From Candidatus Bathyarchaeia archaeon (lineage in GTDB: Archaea; Thermoproteota; Bathyarchaeia; TCS64): a stretch of 31,654 bases of DNA. Location of the stretch: contig JBEKDF010000035.1 of NCBI GenBank assembly GCA_050014495.1, forward strand, positions 1-31,654, read 5' to 3'. Under the pieces are notes generated by a model. That model was not told where the DNA came from, ran no database searches, and saw nothing but the letters and a program-made list of their open reading frames with translations. Shown here piece by piece: positions 16,500-25,234 of this stretch. Position 1 is the stretch's first letter. Each line of letters opens with the position of its first letter. A program made the position numbers and the translations under genes.

Positions 16500-17237
16500 T
16501 TATTTGTTCATATTGGGTGATACATGTTTTGTAACATTTGCGCGCGCGCTCTTGTCTATACGGGTGAACATGTCTTGGACACGCCTCCACCTGTTCTCCT
16601 CCTCGTCGGTACGCTGTACCTTGACCTCCTTGGTGTAGGCCTCGGGAATTCTATAGAGGAATATCTTATGACTACCTATAGTGTGGGATGTACCGTCGGG
16701 CTGGTCGGTGACCCAACCGTGGATGGGAAAGTCGTGACTCACGACCCTGCTACCCGATTTCAACTCCGCCTCCAGCTTAGGCTTCAGTTTCGTGTTGCCG
16801 CTAGTTGTGAGGTAGAGAGTGATTAAGGTGGCGGGGCTCAAGTCTATCTCCATGAAGTTCGCCTGGATTGCAAAGATTCTCCCGACCATCCCTGAGTCCG
16901 TTATCTTATTCTCCAACATCTCCACCATATCCAGGTCGAGGTCGTAGCCTACCGCCTTTGAGACTTTAAACTCCTCAACCGCGGTGAAGAGGACGCGCCC
17001 GTCACCGCATCCGAGGTCGTAGACCACATCCTCTGGTCCAGCGCCTGCGAGTACAAGCATTTCCCGAACAATATTCAAGGGAGTTGGAACGTAGGGTGCT
17101 AAGCTGTCGGGATGATCTCCCCAGAACGTCGCCCTTATCCAGTTCGGTGCCTTCCGATCATGCTCCTCGGGGCGTCGCTCATCGACCATACCTGAAAACA
17201 CACCCAACACTCTCATATACTCTGCGAAGAGGCTCAA
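16500..17237 (-). CDS. Class I SAM-dependent methyltransferase (aKMT/FAM173-like, probable protein-lysine methyltransferase)
   Basis: APYVPTPLNIVREML, VVYDLGCGDGR, ATLITLYL and GSRVVSHDFPIHGW. Start position uncertain. Confidence 0.85.
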   Translation of the reverse strand: MSLFAEYMRVLGVFSGMVDERRPEEHDRKAPNWIRATFWGDHPDSLAPYVPTPLNIVREMLVLAGAGPEDVVYDLGCGDGRVLFTAVEEFKVSKAVGYDLDLDMVEMLENKITDSGMVGRIFAIQANFMEIDLSPATLITLYLTTSGNTKLKPKLEAELKSGSRVVSHDFPIHGWVTDQPDGTSHTIGSHKIFLYRIPEAYTKEVKVQRTDEEENRWRRVQDMFTRIDKSARANVTKHVSPNMNK

Positions 17238-17267
17238 GTTTTAAACTCAATAAACGGATGATCACAT

Positions 17268-17750
17268 ATGGAATTCAAGGTAGTAAACGTTGAGGCTCCT
17301 CAGGACTGCAATCTAATCTTCGGCCAGAGCCACTTCATAAAAACTGTTGAGGACGTCTATGAGGCCCTGGCATCCTCGGCGACAGGGATCAAATTCGGCA
17401 TCGCCTTCTGCGAGTCGAGTGGAGAGTGCCTCGTCCGCCACGATGGAAACGATCCGGAGCTCAGGAAGAAGGCAGCCGAAGCTGCTCTTAATATCGGATG
17501 TGGCCACAGCTTCATAGTCTTCTTAAAAGGCGCTTACCCGATCAACGTCCTTACTCAGCTGAAGGTCGTCCCAGAGGTTTGCAGTATCTACGCCGCTACT
17601 TCAAACCCACTCCAGGTCATAGTCGCTGAGACTGAACAGGGAAGAGGCGTCATGGGCGTTGTCGACGGGGCAAAGCCAAGGGGATTAGAGGACGAAAATG
17701 GGATAAAATGGCGCAAAGACTTCCTCAGGGGGATTGGGTACAAGACCTGA
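17268..17750 (+). CDS. Adenosine-specific kinase family protein (DUF355)
   Basis: NLIFGQSHFIKTVED, FGIAFCESSG, GHSF, YPINVL, VPEVC and GRGVMGVVDG. Confidence 0.9.
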   Translation: MEFKVVNVEAPQDCNLIFGQSHFIKTVEDVYEALASSATGIKFGIAFCESSGECLVRHDGNDPELRKKAAEAALNIGCGHSFIVFLKGAYPINVLTQLKVVPEVCSIYAATSNPLQVIVAETEQGRGVMGVVDGAKPRGLEDENGIKWRKDFLRGIGYKT

Positions 17751-17809
17751 TGGTTTAATTCTATTTGGTTCCCGCTCTAAGGGTTTTTTAATTTAATATT
17801 TAACGTGAG

Positions 17810-18457
17810 TTAGTCATTGTTTAGCACATTTCTCAATACGGACGGTAGTTCTCTCAAGTTGATGTCGCCCCTTATCGTCTTTATCTCACCCCTTTTCTCA
17901 TAGAAATCGAGGAGAGGTTGCGTTTTCTCCCTATAGACCTCGAGCCTGCGCCTTATGACCTCCGGTTTATCATCATTCCTCTGTATGAGTACCGTTGTGC
18001 AAACATCGCACTTTCCATTAGATCTTGGTGGCTTGTTCTCTAGGTGGAAGATAGCACCACACCTGGGGCAGCTCCTCCTCTTACTCAGCCTGTCTATGAT
18101 GATTTCATCTTCAAGTTTCACGTGCAGTACGTGATCTAGCCTCTTCCCCGACTCCTCGAGTATCCTCTCTAGTGCCTCTGCCTGCTTCGGGCTCCTTGGG
18201 TAACCATCTAGGATAAAGCCGTTCACAGCATCGGCCTCACTTAGTCTCTCAGCTACGAGATCATTCACCAAGTCGTCGGGTACCAGCTCGCCCCTTTCCA
18301 TATATCCCTTGGCTGTAATGCCCAGAGGCGTCGCTCTGGCGACGGCCTCCCTAAGCATATCCCCTGTTGTTATGACGGGAACACCATACATCCCCCCAAT
18401 TATTTTTGCACATGTCCCCTTGCCGGAGCCAGGCGGACCAAGAAGCACAACCCTCAA
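17810..18457 (-). CDS. adk: Adenylate kinase, bacterial-type with Zn-LID
   Basis: GPPGSGKGT, TGDMLR, GELVPD, GFILDGYPR, CPRC...CDVC and QRNDD. Likely TTG start at 18457. Confidence 0.95.
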   Translation of the reverse strand: MRVVLLGPPGSGKGTCAKIIGGMYGVPVITTGDMLREAVARATPLGITAKGYMERGELVPDDLVNDLVAERLSEADAVNGFILDGYPRSPKQAEALERILEESGKRLDHVLHVKLEDEIIIDRLSKRRSCPRCGAIFHLENKPPRSNGKCDVCTTVLIQRNDDKPEVIRRRLEVYREKTQPLLDFYEKRGEIKTIRGDINLRELPSVLRNVLNND

Positions 18458-18712
18458 AGAACAGCCTCCAAGAGCACGCTGATACAAGCTTTAACGATTA
18501 TAACATTTACGGGGCCGCAAATCGGATGTAGACGCCACATCTGGGCTACAGAAGGATTTTATGACAACGATCTGAAGAAGGATAGTATACTCAAGACTGG
18601 ACATCAATCGCGCTCTTGCACACGCCTGATCTAACCAACATTGGATCAGTCACAGAATAGGATAACACGCTAAAAGGGAATAATAGACATTTAGGATCAT
18701 GTGTGTCCGCCG

Positions 18713-19444
18713 CTACCTCTTCTGTTTATAGAGATCCACAAGCGCGTCTACTAGTTCATCCTCCGATGGGAGGCGCGAATATCCTAGTGGTATACCTTCA
18801 TGCTCCGCAAGACTCACTGCAAGCGGGTCGATCTTCCTGATCTTACCATGTAAAATCACCACTCTCGGCTTGAATGGGCTGATCTTAACTGCTATCATTG
18901 GGCTGCGCCCTTGAGTTACTTCGGTGAAAACAAGGGCGCGCTCACTTGTTGCACCGAATATCCTGTAGAAATCAAGCCCCGAAAGTGTAGTGATCGCCTT
19001 GACGCTGTCAATAATAGTGTAACCTAGAACTTGGTTCTCCAGCTTCTCCATCCCTGTGAGCACCTCAGCGTCAACAGCCCTGCAAAGTTGCTCAACCGTA
19101 ACCGGTTGCGTGAATTCACGGATGTCAGTGAAGACGTCGCTCGGGTCGATGGTGATCCTAGCCATCTGCCTAATGTAGTCTCCACCCCTGCTTTGATCAA
19201 GATCGAGAAGTGCCTCCACATAACGCTTGATAAAACCACTCCCAGGCGACTGTCTCCTACCCGTCTCATAGTCGCTGATCACAGACGGCGAAAGGTCAAG
19301 CTCGTCCGCAAGCTCCATCTGGTTAACGTTCAGTAGACCCCTCCACTTTCTCATTGTCTGACCAGGGTTGCTGCTGAGAACGATTTCACCAGCGATTCGT
19401 TTCGCGAGTGTGTCCCTGACAGGGCTGTACGCGGACATCAACAA
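18713..19444 (-). CDS. Archaeal HTH (Cro/C1-type) transcriptional regulator, COG1709-like
   Basis: IAGEIVLSSNPGQTMRKWR, SPSVISDYETGRR, GYTIIDS, ERALVFT and GRSPMIA. Confidence 0.88.
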   Translation of the reverse strand: MLMSAYSPVRDTLAKRIAGEIVLSSNPGQTMRKWRGLLNVNQMELADELDLSPSVISDYETGRRQSPGSGFIKRYVEALLDLDQSRGGDYIRQMARITIDPSDVFTDIREFTQPVTVEQLCRAVDAEVLTGMEKLENQVLGYTIIDSVKAITTLSGLDFYRIFGATSERALVFTEVTQGRSPMIAVKISPFKPRVVILHGKIRKIDPLAVSLAEHEGIPLGYSRLPSEDELVDALVDLYKQKR

Positions 19445-19478
19445 TGGACTAGTGAAAGAAGATAAAAGGGTAAGCTAG

Positions 19479-20453
19479 TTAGACGCCCGCCTTCTCGCAG
19501 AGAATCTGCCAGCGGGTGTCAATAGACTGCTGAACCTCCTTCAGAAGCGCCTCGTTCCTAGTAGGCCTGAAGAAGTGCCTGAACCTCCCCTGTGGCTCCA
19601 AGTAGACCTCGACGGGCTTCTTCGTCTCTGGTCTCTTTGCTATCGCTAGGCTTGGAGCTGATAGCTCGTAGACAGGTCTTCCTTTCTCTTGCCTGCACTC
19701 GAAAAGGGGGAAGACGCAGGTCTGAGTCGCAAGTCTGCTAATCTCAATCGTCTTCTCTGGAGAGAATCTCCACCCCCTACTGCAGGGTGCAAGGCTGTGA
19801 AGGAAAGTTGGGCCGTCGACCTCTATGGCCTTTCTCGTCTTCTTTATCACGTCTAAGGGCCAAGCCGTGTTGATAGTCGCCACGTAAGGCGTCCCATGAG
19901 CGATTATTATCTCATCAATAGGCTTCTTCGTCTCCGTCTTCCCATGAACCACCTTGCCAGCGGGTGTAGTCGTCGTCGACGCCCCAAAGGGAGTGCCACC
20001 GCTTCTCTGAATACCCGTGTTCATGTAGGCTTCGTTGTCTAAGAGGACGTAGGTGAAGTCGTGCCCACGCTCAATGGCTCCAGAGAGCGCCTGGAACCCG
20101 ATATCATATGTACCGCCGTCTCCTGCAAATGCTATAACGTCTATCCTTGGATACTTTGCTAGCGGTCCCTCTTTCTTCTTCTGCATTGCCTTAATTGCAG
20201 CCTCGATGCCACTGGCGGACGCTGCAACATTCTCAAAGGCGCTGTGCAACCATGGGACCTCCCAGGAGGTGAATGGGAAGATGCTAGTGGAGACCTCGAG
20301 GCATCCAGTGGCATTAGTCACTATGGTCGGGCCTCTAGTTGCTTTCATTACCTGCCTGACGACGATCGTTTCATCGCAACCTGCGCAGAGTCGCCCACCG
20401 CAGACGAGGGCATCAGGCTTCTTTGCCATCTCTTTAAGAGTAATTTCGCTCAT
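19479..20453 (-). CDS. porB: Pyruvate/2-oxoacid:ferredoxin oxidoreductase beta subunit
   Basis: LCAGC, ATGCLEV, AFEN and the TPP motif GDGGTYDIG...DNEAYMNTGIQRS. Confidence 0.93.
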   Translation of the reverse strand: MSEITLKEMAKKPDALVCGGRLCAGCDETIVVRQVMKATRGPTIVTNATGCLEVSTSIFPFTSWEVPWLHSAFENVAASASGIEAAIKAMQKKKEGPLAKYPRIDVIAFAGDGGTYDIGFQALSGAIERGHDFTYVLLDNEAYMNTGIQRSGGTPFGASTTTTPAGKVVHGKTETKKPIDEIIIAHGTPYVATINTAWPLDVIKKTRKAIEVDGPTFLHSLAPCSRGWRFSPEKTIEISRLATQTCVFPLFECRQEKGRPVYELSAPSLAIAKRPETKKPVEVYLEPQGRFRHFFRPTRNEALLKEVQQSIDTRWQILCEKAGV

Positions 20454-20454
20454 A

Positions 20455-21672
20455 TCACTCCCTCACACCAACATAGGTCACCGGCTCAGTTACGGTACCT
20501 TTCTCCTTGATTCTTTGTAGACTCTTGAACACATCCCTTATCATATCTGGGCTCGTGTCCTTCCCGCCAAGGCCATTTATGTAATCGGCTACGAGCGGTC
20601 TCCTTGGTATGTCGTAGAGTGCAGTCTTAACCTCCTCATAGAGGGGTGCACCCGGGCCACCTATGCTATAGGCCTTCTCCATCACGCCGAGGACTGGTAC
20701 ATTACAGATCGCTTTCTTCAACTCCTCCACCGGGAATGGTCTGAAGAGTCTCATCTTAACGAGACCGGCTTTCACTCCCTCAACCCGGAGCTCATCCACG
20801 ACCTCGCGGACTGTGCCCATTGCAGAGCCGAGACCAATAACTGCCACCTCGGCGTCCTCCATCTTGTAGGGGTAGACATACTTGAGTTCCCTGCCCGTAA
20901 TCTTCTCAAACTCATTATCCACAGACCCTATTGCTTTCAGGGCATCCTTCATCGCCTCCATTTGCTGGACCTTGTGTTCAAAGTAGAAGTCCTGAAGGTC
21001 AAGGGGACCTATAGTCACAGGGTTCTCGGGGTCGAGTCTGAACTCAACCTCTCCACGCGGGCTCTCAGTCTTCATATAAACCCTTTTACCGACGAAGCTC
21101 TTCACATCGACGTCTTCTAGGGTATAGACGTTCTCCATCGTATGGCTTATCGTGAATCCATCGAAGTTGACCATGACTGGTAACTGAACATCGGGGTGCT
21201 CAGCTATCCTCCATGCTTCGACACTAGTGTCATAGACCTCCTGGCTATTCTCACAGAATATCTGCACCCAGCCCGCGTCTCTAGCACCCATGGCATCACT
21301 GTGATCATTGTGTATGTTGATAGGGCCACCGAGGCATCTGTTCGCTACGGCCATCACAATAGGCTGCCTGAGTCCAGCTGCAACATAGAGAATCTCCCAC
21401 ATTAGCGCTAACCCATTAGCTGCAGTCGCTGTGAACGCTCTCGCCCCCGCGGCTGAAGCACCTACACATGCGCTCAACGCGCTATGCTCAGACTCGACCG
21501 AAACAAAAACCGACCCGACTAGACCATCGGCGACGTACTCACTGTACCTCTCGACGATGATTGTCTGAGGCGTGATAGGATAAGCTGCCACGACGTCGGG
21601 GTCAACCTGTTTTGTAGCGTAGGCCGAGGCCTCGTCACCATTGAGGCCCGTCATTTTCTGTTTTAAGACCAT
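20455..21672 (-). CDS. porA: Pyruvate/2-oxoacid:ferredoxin oxidoreductase alpha subunit
   Basis: AAYPITPQT, VESEHSA, NIHNDHSD, DGFTISH, RLFRPFP and GLGGKD. Confidence 0.93.
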   Translation of the reverse strand: MVLKQKMTGLNGDEASAYATKQVDPDVVAAYPITPQTIIVERYSEYVADGLVGSVFVSVESEHSALSACVGASAAGARAFTATAANGLALMWEILYVAAGLRQPIVMAVANRCLGGPINIHNDHSDAMGARDAGWVQIFCENSQEVYDTSVEAWRIAEHPDVQLPVMVNFDGFTISHTMENVYTLEDVDVKSFVGKRVYMKTESPRGEVEFRLDPENPVTIGPLDLQDFYFEHKVQQMEAMKDALKAIGSVDNEFEKITGRELKYVYPYKMEDAEVAVIGLGSAMGTVREVVDELRVEGVKAGLVKMRLFRPFPVEELKKAICNVPVLGVMEKAYSIGGPGAPLYEEVKTALYDIPRRPLVADYINGLGGKDTSPDMIRDVFKSLQRIKEKGTVTEPVTYVGVRE

Positions 21673-21953
21673 TACTTCTTCATCTCCATTTTAATGCACT
21701 TTACTGGGCATTCGTTGGCGCAGACTCCACAGCCTTTACAGTAGTCCTCATTAACCTCAGTGTACCCATCTTCACGAACCTTGATAGCCCCCTCTGGGCA
21801 AAAGAAGTGGCAGAGAGTGCACTTCGTACATTTAGTGTGGTCTATTATCGGCTTAGCGACACCCCAATCGCCAGTCTTGTAATCCTTACTGGACTTGTAA
21901 GGTACTGCACCTTTGGGCAGAGTTTTCCAGCCTCTCTTCTTATCCTCACTCAA
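21672..21953 (-). CDS. porD: Pyruvate/2-oxoacid:ferredoxin oxidoreductase delta subunit (2x4Fe-4S)
   Basis: KTGDW, CTKCTLCHFFCP and CKGCGVCANECP. Confidence 0.93.
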   Translation of the reverse strand: MSEDKKRGWKTLPKGAVPYKSSKDYKTGDWGVAKPIIDHTKCTKCTLCHFFCPEGAIKVREDGYTEVNEDYCKGCGVCANECPVKCIKMEMKK

Positions 21954-22504
21954 CCTTTGACAGCCTCCCTATAGGCAGTCTCGACGACCTCGAGATTCTG
22001 ATCCTTAACCTTGCCTTGGAACCTCTCCTTAACTACGGCGAGAACAGAGTCGAGTTTAACGGCTCCTGAAGCCTTTACTACTGCTCCAAGAACCGCCGTG
22101 TTTGTGATGTTTACCCCCATTATCCTCATTGCCATACCCGTGGCGTCGACGACCCAAGTCTCGTTATTGATGCCCAGTTTTTTCTTCACAGCGTCCGGTG
22201 TCTCTGTTGTGTTAACGATGACCTTACTCAAGGGTTTGAGGCCTTCAGACACAGCGGTACCAAGAAGTGTTGGGTCCAGCACTACAGCCATGTCCGGCTC
22301 GTAGACGCTGGAATGGATCTGAATAGGCTTATCACTTATACGTGTGTAAGCCGTCATAGGCGCTCCTGCCCTTTCTGGGCCGAAGGCTGGGAAGCTCTGG
22401 ATCTGCTTCCCCTCCAAGAGCCCCGCCTGAGCTAGGAGGAGCGATGCCGTCCAAGCTCCTTGACCACCGCGGCCATGGAACCTGATCTCATAGAGCCCGT
22501 CCAA
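21950..22504 (-). CDS. porG: Pyruvate/2-oxoacid:ferredoxin oxidoreductase gamma subunit
   Basis: EIRFHGRGGQG, FPAFGPERAGAP, VVLDPTL and NTAVLGA. Confidence 0.93.
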   Translation of the reverse strand: MDGLYEIRFHGRGGQGAWTASLLLAQAGLLEGKQIQSFPAFGPERAGAPMTAYTRISDKPIQIHSSVYEPDMAVVLDPTLLGTAVSEGLKPLSKVIVNTTETPDAVKKKLGINNETWVVDATGMAMRIMGVNITNTAVLGAVVKASGAVKLDSVLAVVKERFQGKVKDQNLEVVETAYREAVKG

Positions 22505-22635
22505 ATCGACTACTCTCCACTTGACTTGGTCCTCAATGGTTTAAACGTATATGCTAAAGAATAGCGAATTAATCGACAAGAAGATATCGCGCTCGCGATC
22601 TCAGCGTAAACCAACCAGAGTGTAGAAATCTTAGG

Positions 22636-23508
22636 TTATCTACCCGATCTCTGCTTCATATCTTTCAAATCATCTCTACTCTTTTTCGCTTGGATCGCTG
22701 ATGCCTCTGCGAACCGCTCCCAGTTCCACCCCATGACCTCGTATGCGTAGTTGACCGTGCGACTCGAGGAGATGAGTAGCCCTTCTCCCTCTCTGTTGGT
22801 TCCAAGTCTGATCGCAGCAGCTGGGTCACCTCCCTGAGGGCCAAGACCAGGAGAAAGAATAAGCCTCTCTCCACCAATTATCTCCCTAACTATCCCGAGT
22901 TCCTCTGTTGCTGTACTGCCAACGACGAAGCCATTCGATCCGTGTTTTGTCGCGTCTATAGCAAGTCTTTGATAGAATGGTATGCCCTCCATGTCCCTTG
23001 ACTGATAATCACTTGTTCCGGGGTTGGACATCCTACAAAGAGCGAATATCCCCTTCTGCTTTTCTTCTGACCACCTGTAGACAGAATCAACCCCGTTCTC
23101 GTAGCCGGGAAATGGGCTGAAGGTGATCCCGTCGAAACCAAGCTCCTCAATCCAATGAAGGGCGGCATCCATGGTTGTACCAATATCTGAGAGCTTACAA
23201 TCTAGGAGAGACAGACACCCCTCCTCATGTATGGCTTCAGCGATTGTCTTTAACCCCTCGAAGCATAAGGGGTAGACTAAGAACTGAGCGTTCGGCTTTA
23301 TTATCGGAGTGAAGGGGGCGACTGCTTTTATGAAGTCCACACAAAACCTCTCGATGCCCTCCGAGACTCCATATCTATCGATTAGAGGTTGTGGGATAAT
23401 GTATTTGTCCCTGAAAGCTCTTGTTGCTGGATCGAGACCAACACACAAAAAGCTCTCTTTCTCCCTGCTCAATTCGTAATACTTCTCAACAAATCTTCTC
23501 CCTAGCAT
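22636..23508 (-). CDS. pyrF: Orotidine-5'-phosphate decarboxylase (subfamily 2 type)
   Basis: LCVGLDP, KPN, DCKLSDIGTT, SNPG, VVGST, LSPGLGPQGG and SSSR. ATG 23508 preferred over GTG 23532. Confidence 0.92.
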   Translation of the reverse strand: MLGRRFVEKYYELSREKESFLCVGLDPATRAFRDKYIIPQPLIDRYGVSEGIERFCVDFIKAVAPFTPIIKPNAQFLVYPLCFEGLKTIAEAIHEEGCLSLLDCKLSDIGTTMDAALHWIEELGFDGITFSPFPGYENGVDSVYRWSEEKQKGIFALCRMSNPGTSDYQSRDMEGIPFYQRLAIDATKHGSNGFVVGSTATEELGIVREIIGGERLILSPGLGPQGGDPAAAIRLGTNREGEGLLISSSRTVNYAYEVMGWNWERFAEASAIQAKKSRDDLKDMKQRSGR

Positions 23509-23624
23509 CCGAACACCAGAGGAAAAGGACACTGGTGGAATAAAAAAGCGCAGCGTCGAGAGGGTATGTCTTTAAAGGGCTATAACCACACTAGATTCAG
23601 AACCCTCTCCAAGTTGGGACCAAT

Positions 23625-24227
23625 ATGAGTAACGAGTCGGAAATAAGAAAACTGCTAAAAATTCGCGCTGAACTTGAGGAACGCGCTGAGCAGCTTCAGA
23701 TCGAGGTCAACGACTTAAAAGTAGCTATGGTGGAGATCGATGAAGCTATTGTACAGCAGGGTTTTCGACAACCAGATACTGCCTTCCAGCCAATGAAACT
23801 TGACGATGTGAAGAAGGAGGAGCCGAAAACCGTTGAGAGCAGCCTTCCTGAGGAAAAGCCTGAGCAGCATATTGATGGATCATCGATTCAGGCTAAGGAT
23901 GGGACAGTTCTCGGTAGAGTCCAAATAATTGGCGACGATATACTCTTTACACCACGTGAGGGCCTCTCTTTTACGATGTCGACGCCCCCCTTTCAGTCCT
24001 TCCTGATCGAACGTGTACTCGCTAATATGAGGACAACAGACGAGGCTCGTGCTTCAACTGGGGAGATAACTCCGGAGCAGGTTCTTGGCTACAGTGTAGA
24101 AGCTGATGGGGAGGTTATAAAATCCGTGACAGTGCATAATGTTGGCGGAGAGAGGCGCCTCAGGGAAATACAGAGTAGTCTGCGTTGGAGCCTTGACAAG
24201 ATGTACGACAAGATGAAGCGGGGATAA
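23625..24227 (+). CDS. Hypothetical protein, N-terminal coiled coil plus C-terminal globular domain
   Basis: Heptad pattern over residues ~5-45, an acidic linker, then PPFQSFLIERVL...RLREIQSSLRWSLDKMY. TTTAAA at 23571 upstream. Confidence 0.8.
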   Translation: MSNESEIRKLLKIRAELEERAEQLQIEVNDLKVAMVEIDEAIVQQGFRQPDTAFQPMKLDDVKKEEPKTVESSLPEEKPEQHIDGSSIQAKDGTVLGRVQIIGDDILFTPREGLSFTMSTPPFQSFLIERVLANMRTTDEARASTGEITPEQVLGYSVEADGEVIKSVTVHNVGGERRLREIQSSLRWSLDKMYDKMKRG

Positions 24228-24233
24228 GAAGCC

Positions 24234-24455
24234 ATGAGCAGTGAACTCGAGAAGAGCCCCCTCTGGAGCGTACTCGTCGAAACTGTGCATAGACTGCCCC
24301 TATACAGGAGTCATAGATCCTATGTAAAGGAAACCATACTCCCCAAGAAACCTAGTGTCACGCCGGAGGAATTATCGGAAAGGATCGGCATGCCACTTGG
24401 CGAGTCAATTGTGATACTAGACGAGCTAAAAGTCGAAAAACCAGAGACCGATTAG
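24234..24455 (+). CDS. Small hypothetical protein with an HTH-like C-terminal half
   Basis: Starts 6 nt after the upstream stop and contains VTPEELSERIGMPLGESIVILDEL. Confidence 0.7.
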   Translation: MSSELEKSPLWSVLVETVHRLPLYRSHRSYVKETILPKKPSVTPEELSERIGMPLGESIVILDELKVEKPETD

Positions 24456-25000
24456 ACGACGTACCTGTACGAGATCGCGGTTCCAGCGGTCTCACTCTTC
24501 TGAGTTATCTTGAGGACATCTCCCCTCTTAGCTCCAAGTATTATGGCAATGGGGTCATTGACCTTTATCCAGGGGAACTGAAAGGGTTCCGCGTGATACT
24601 TCTTCGTGACTTCCTTCAGCTCTACCTCAGAGACTATCTCATGGCGGGGAACTAGGGCATGTTCGAAAATGTCGAAGGTAGGAAGCGTTGGCGGGATAAG
24701 CTCAATTCCGAGCTCCTCAGCGCTGCTCCGTGCCGAGTAAGTGTATTTTCCATCTCCGGCTAGGATACCCTTAGAGGCTCCCTCCTTCTCCACCATTTCC
24801 TTGAGTTCCCTCACGTAGCTGATACCAATCGTCTTCTGCCCGAGGACTGCGTGCATAATCATGAGCTGATTCTTTGAGTCACGTAACCGATAAATGAGCT
24901 TGTCCTCCTCACTGACAGGCTTCGCTGTATCTGTTGTTAGGTTCCTATACTTGATGATGAGGTTCGCCCGTTTTTCCTCTAGGGAAAGGTTCTTGCTCAT
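24452..25000 (-). CDS. rpoH: DNA-directed RNA polymerase subunit Rpo5/H with an N-terminal extension (RPB5-like)
   Basis: The C-terminal ~75 aa is canonical: HALVPRHEI, FPWIKVNDP, GAKRGDVLKI and SETAG...YRYVV. It is preceded by about 105 extra residues. Confidence 0.93.
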   Translation of the reverse strand: MSKNLSLEEKRANLIIKYRNLTTDTAKPVSEEDKLIYRLRDSKNQLMIMHAVLGQKTIGISYVRELKEMVEKEGASKGILAGDGKYTYSARSSAEELGIELIPPTLPTFDIFEHALVPRHEIVSEVELKEVTKKYHAEPFQFPWIKVNDPIAIILGAKRGDVLKITQKSETAGTAISYRYVV

Positions 25001-25005
25001 TTGAC

Positions 25006-25206
25006 TTACCTCGCCTTCACCCTCTTAACAATCGGGGCTCGGACCTTCCTGAAAATCCTGTAGCCACAGTAGGGACACCTGAAGCTAATATACTTCTCCA
25101 GGTCCTCGTAACTAACTCTTCTGCCACACTGGACGCACTCATACACAGGTCCCTCAGTAGGTGCCTGCTGCTCCTTCTTAGGCTCGTCGACAGTCAAGAG
25201 GTTCAA
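25006..25206 (-). CDS. rpoP: DNA-directed RNA polymerase subunit Rpo12/P
   Basis: YECVQCG...RCPYCGYRIFRKVR...VKAR. Start uncertain. Confidence 0.93.
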   Translation of the reverse strand: MNLLTVDEPKKEQQAPTEGPVYECVQCGRRVSYEDLEKYISFRCPYCGYRIFRKVRAPIVKRVKAR

Positions 25207-25234
25207 CCAGCATTAAGCACTCGAACAGCTTCCA

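Noticed and set aside
18488..18712. Possible box C/D sRNA or small ORF in the adk-regulator gap, including hairpin CTGATCTAA/TTGGATCAG at 18626-18649
   Set aside because: No RTGATGA box C was found to pair with the CTGA elements, and the short open frame has no start or recognisable motif. The hairpin alone is weak evidence.
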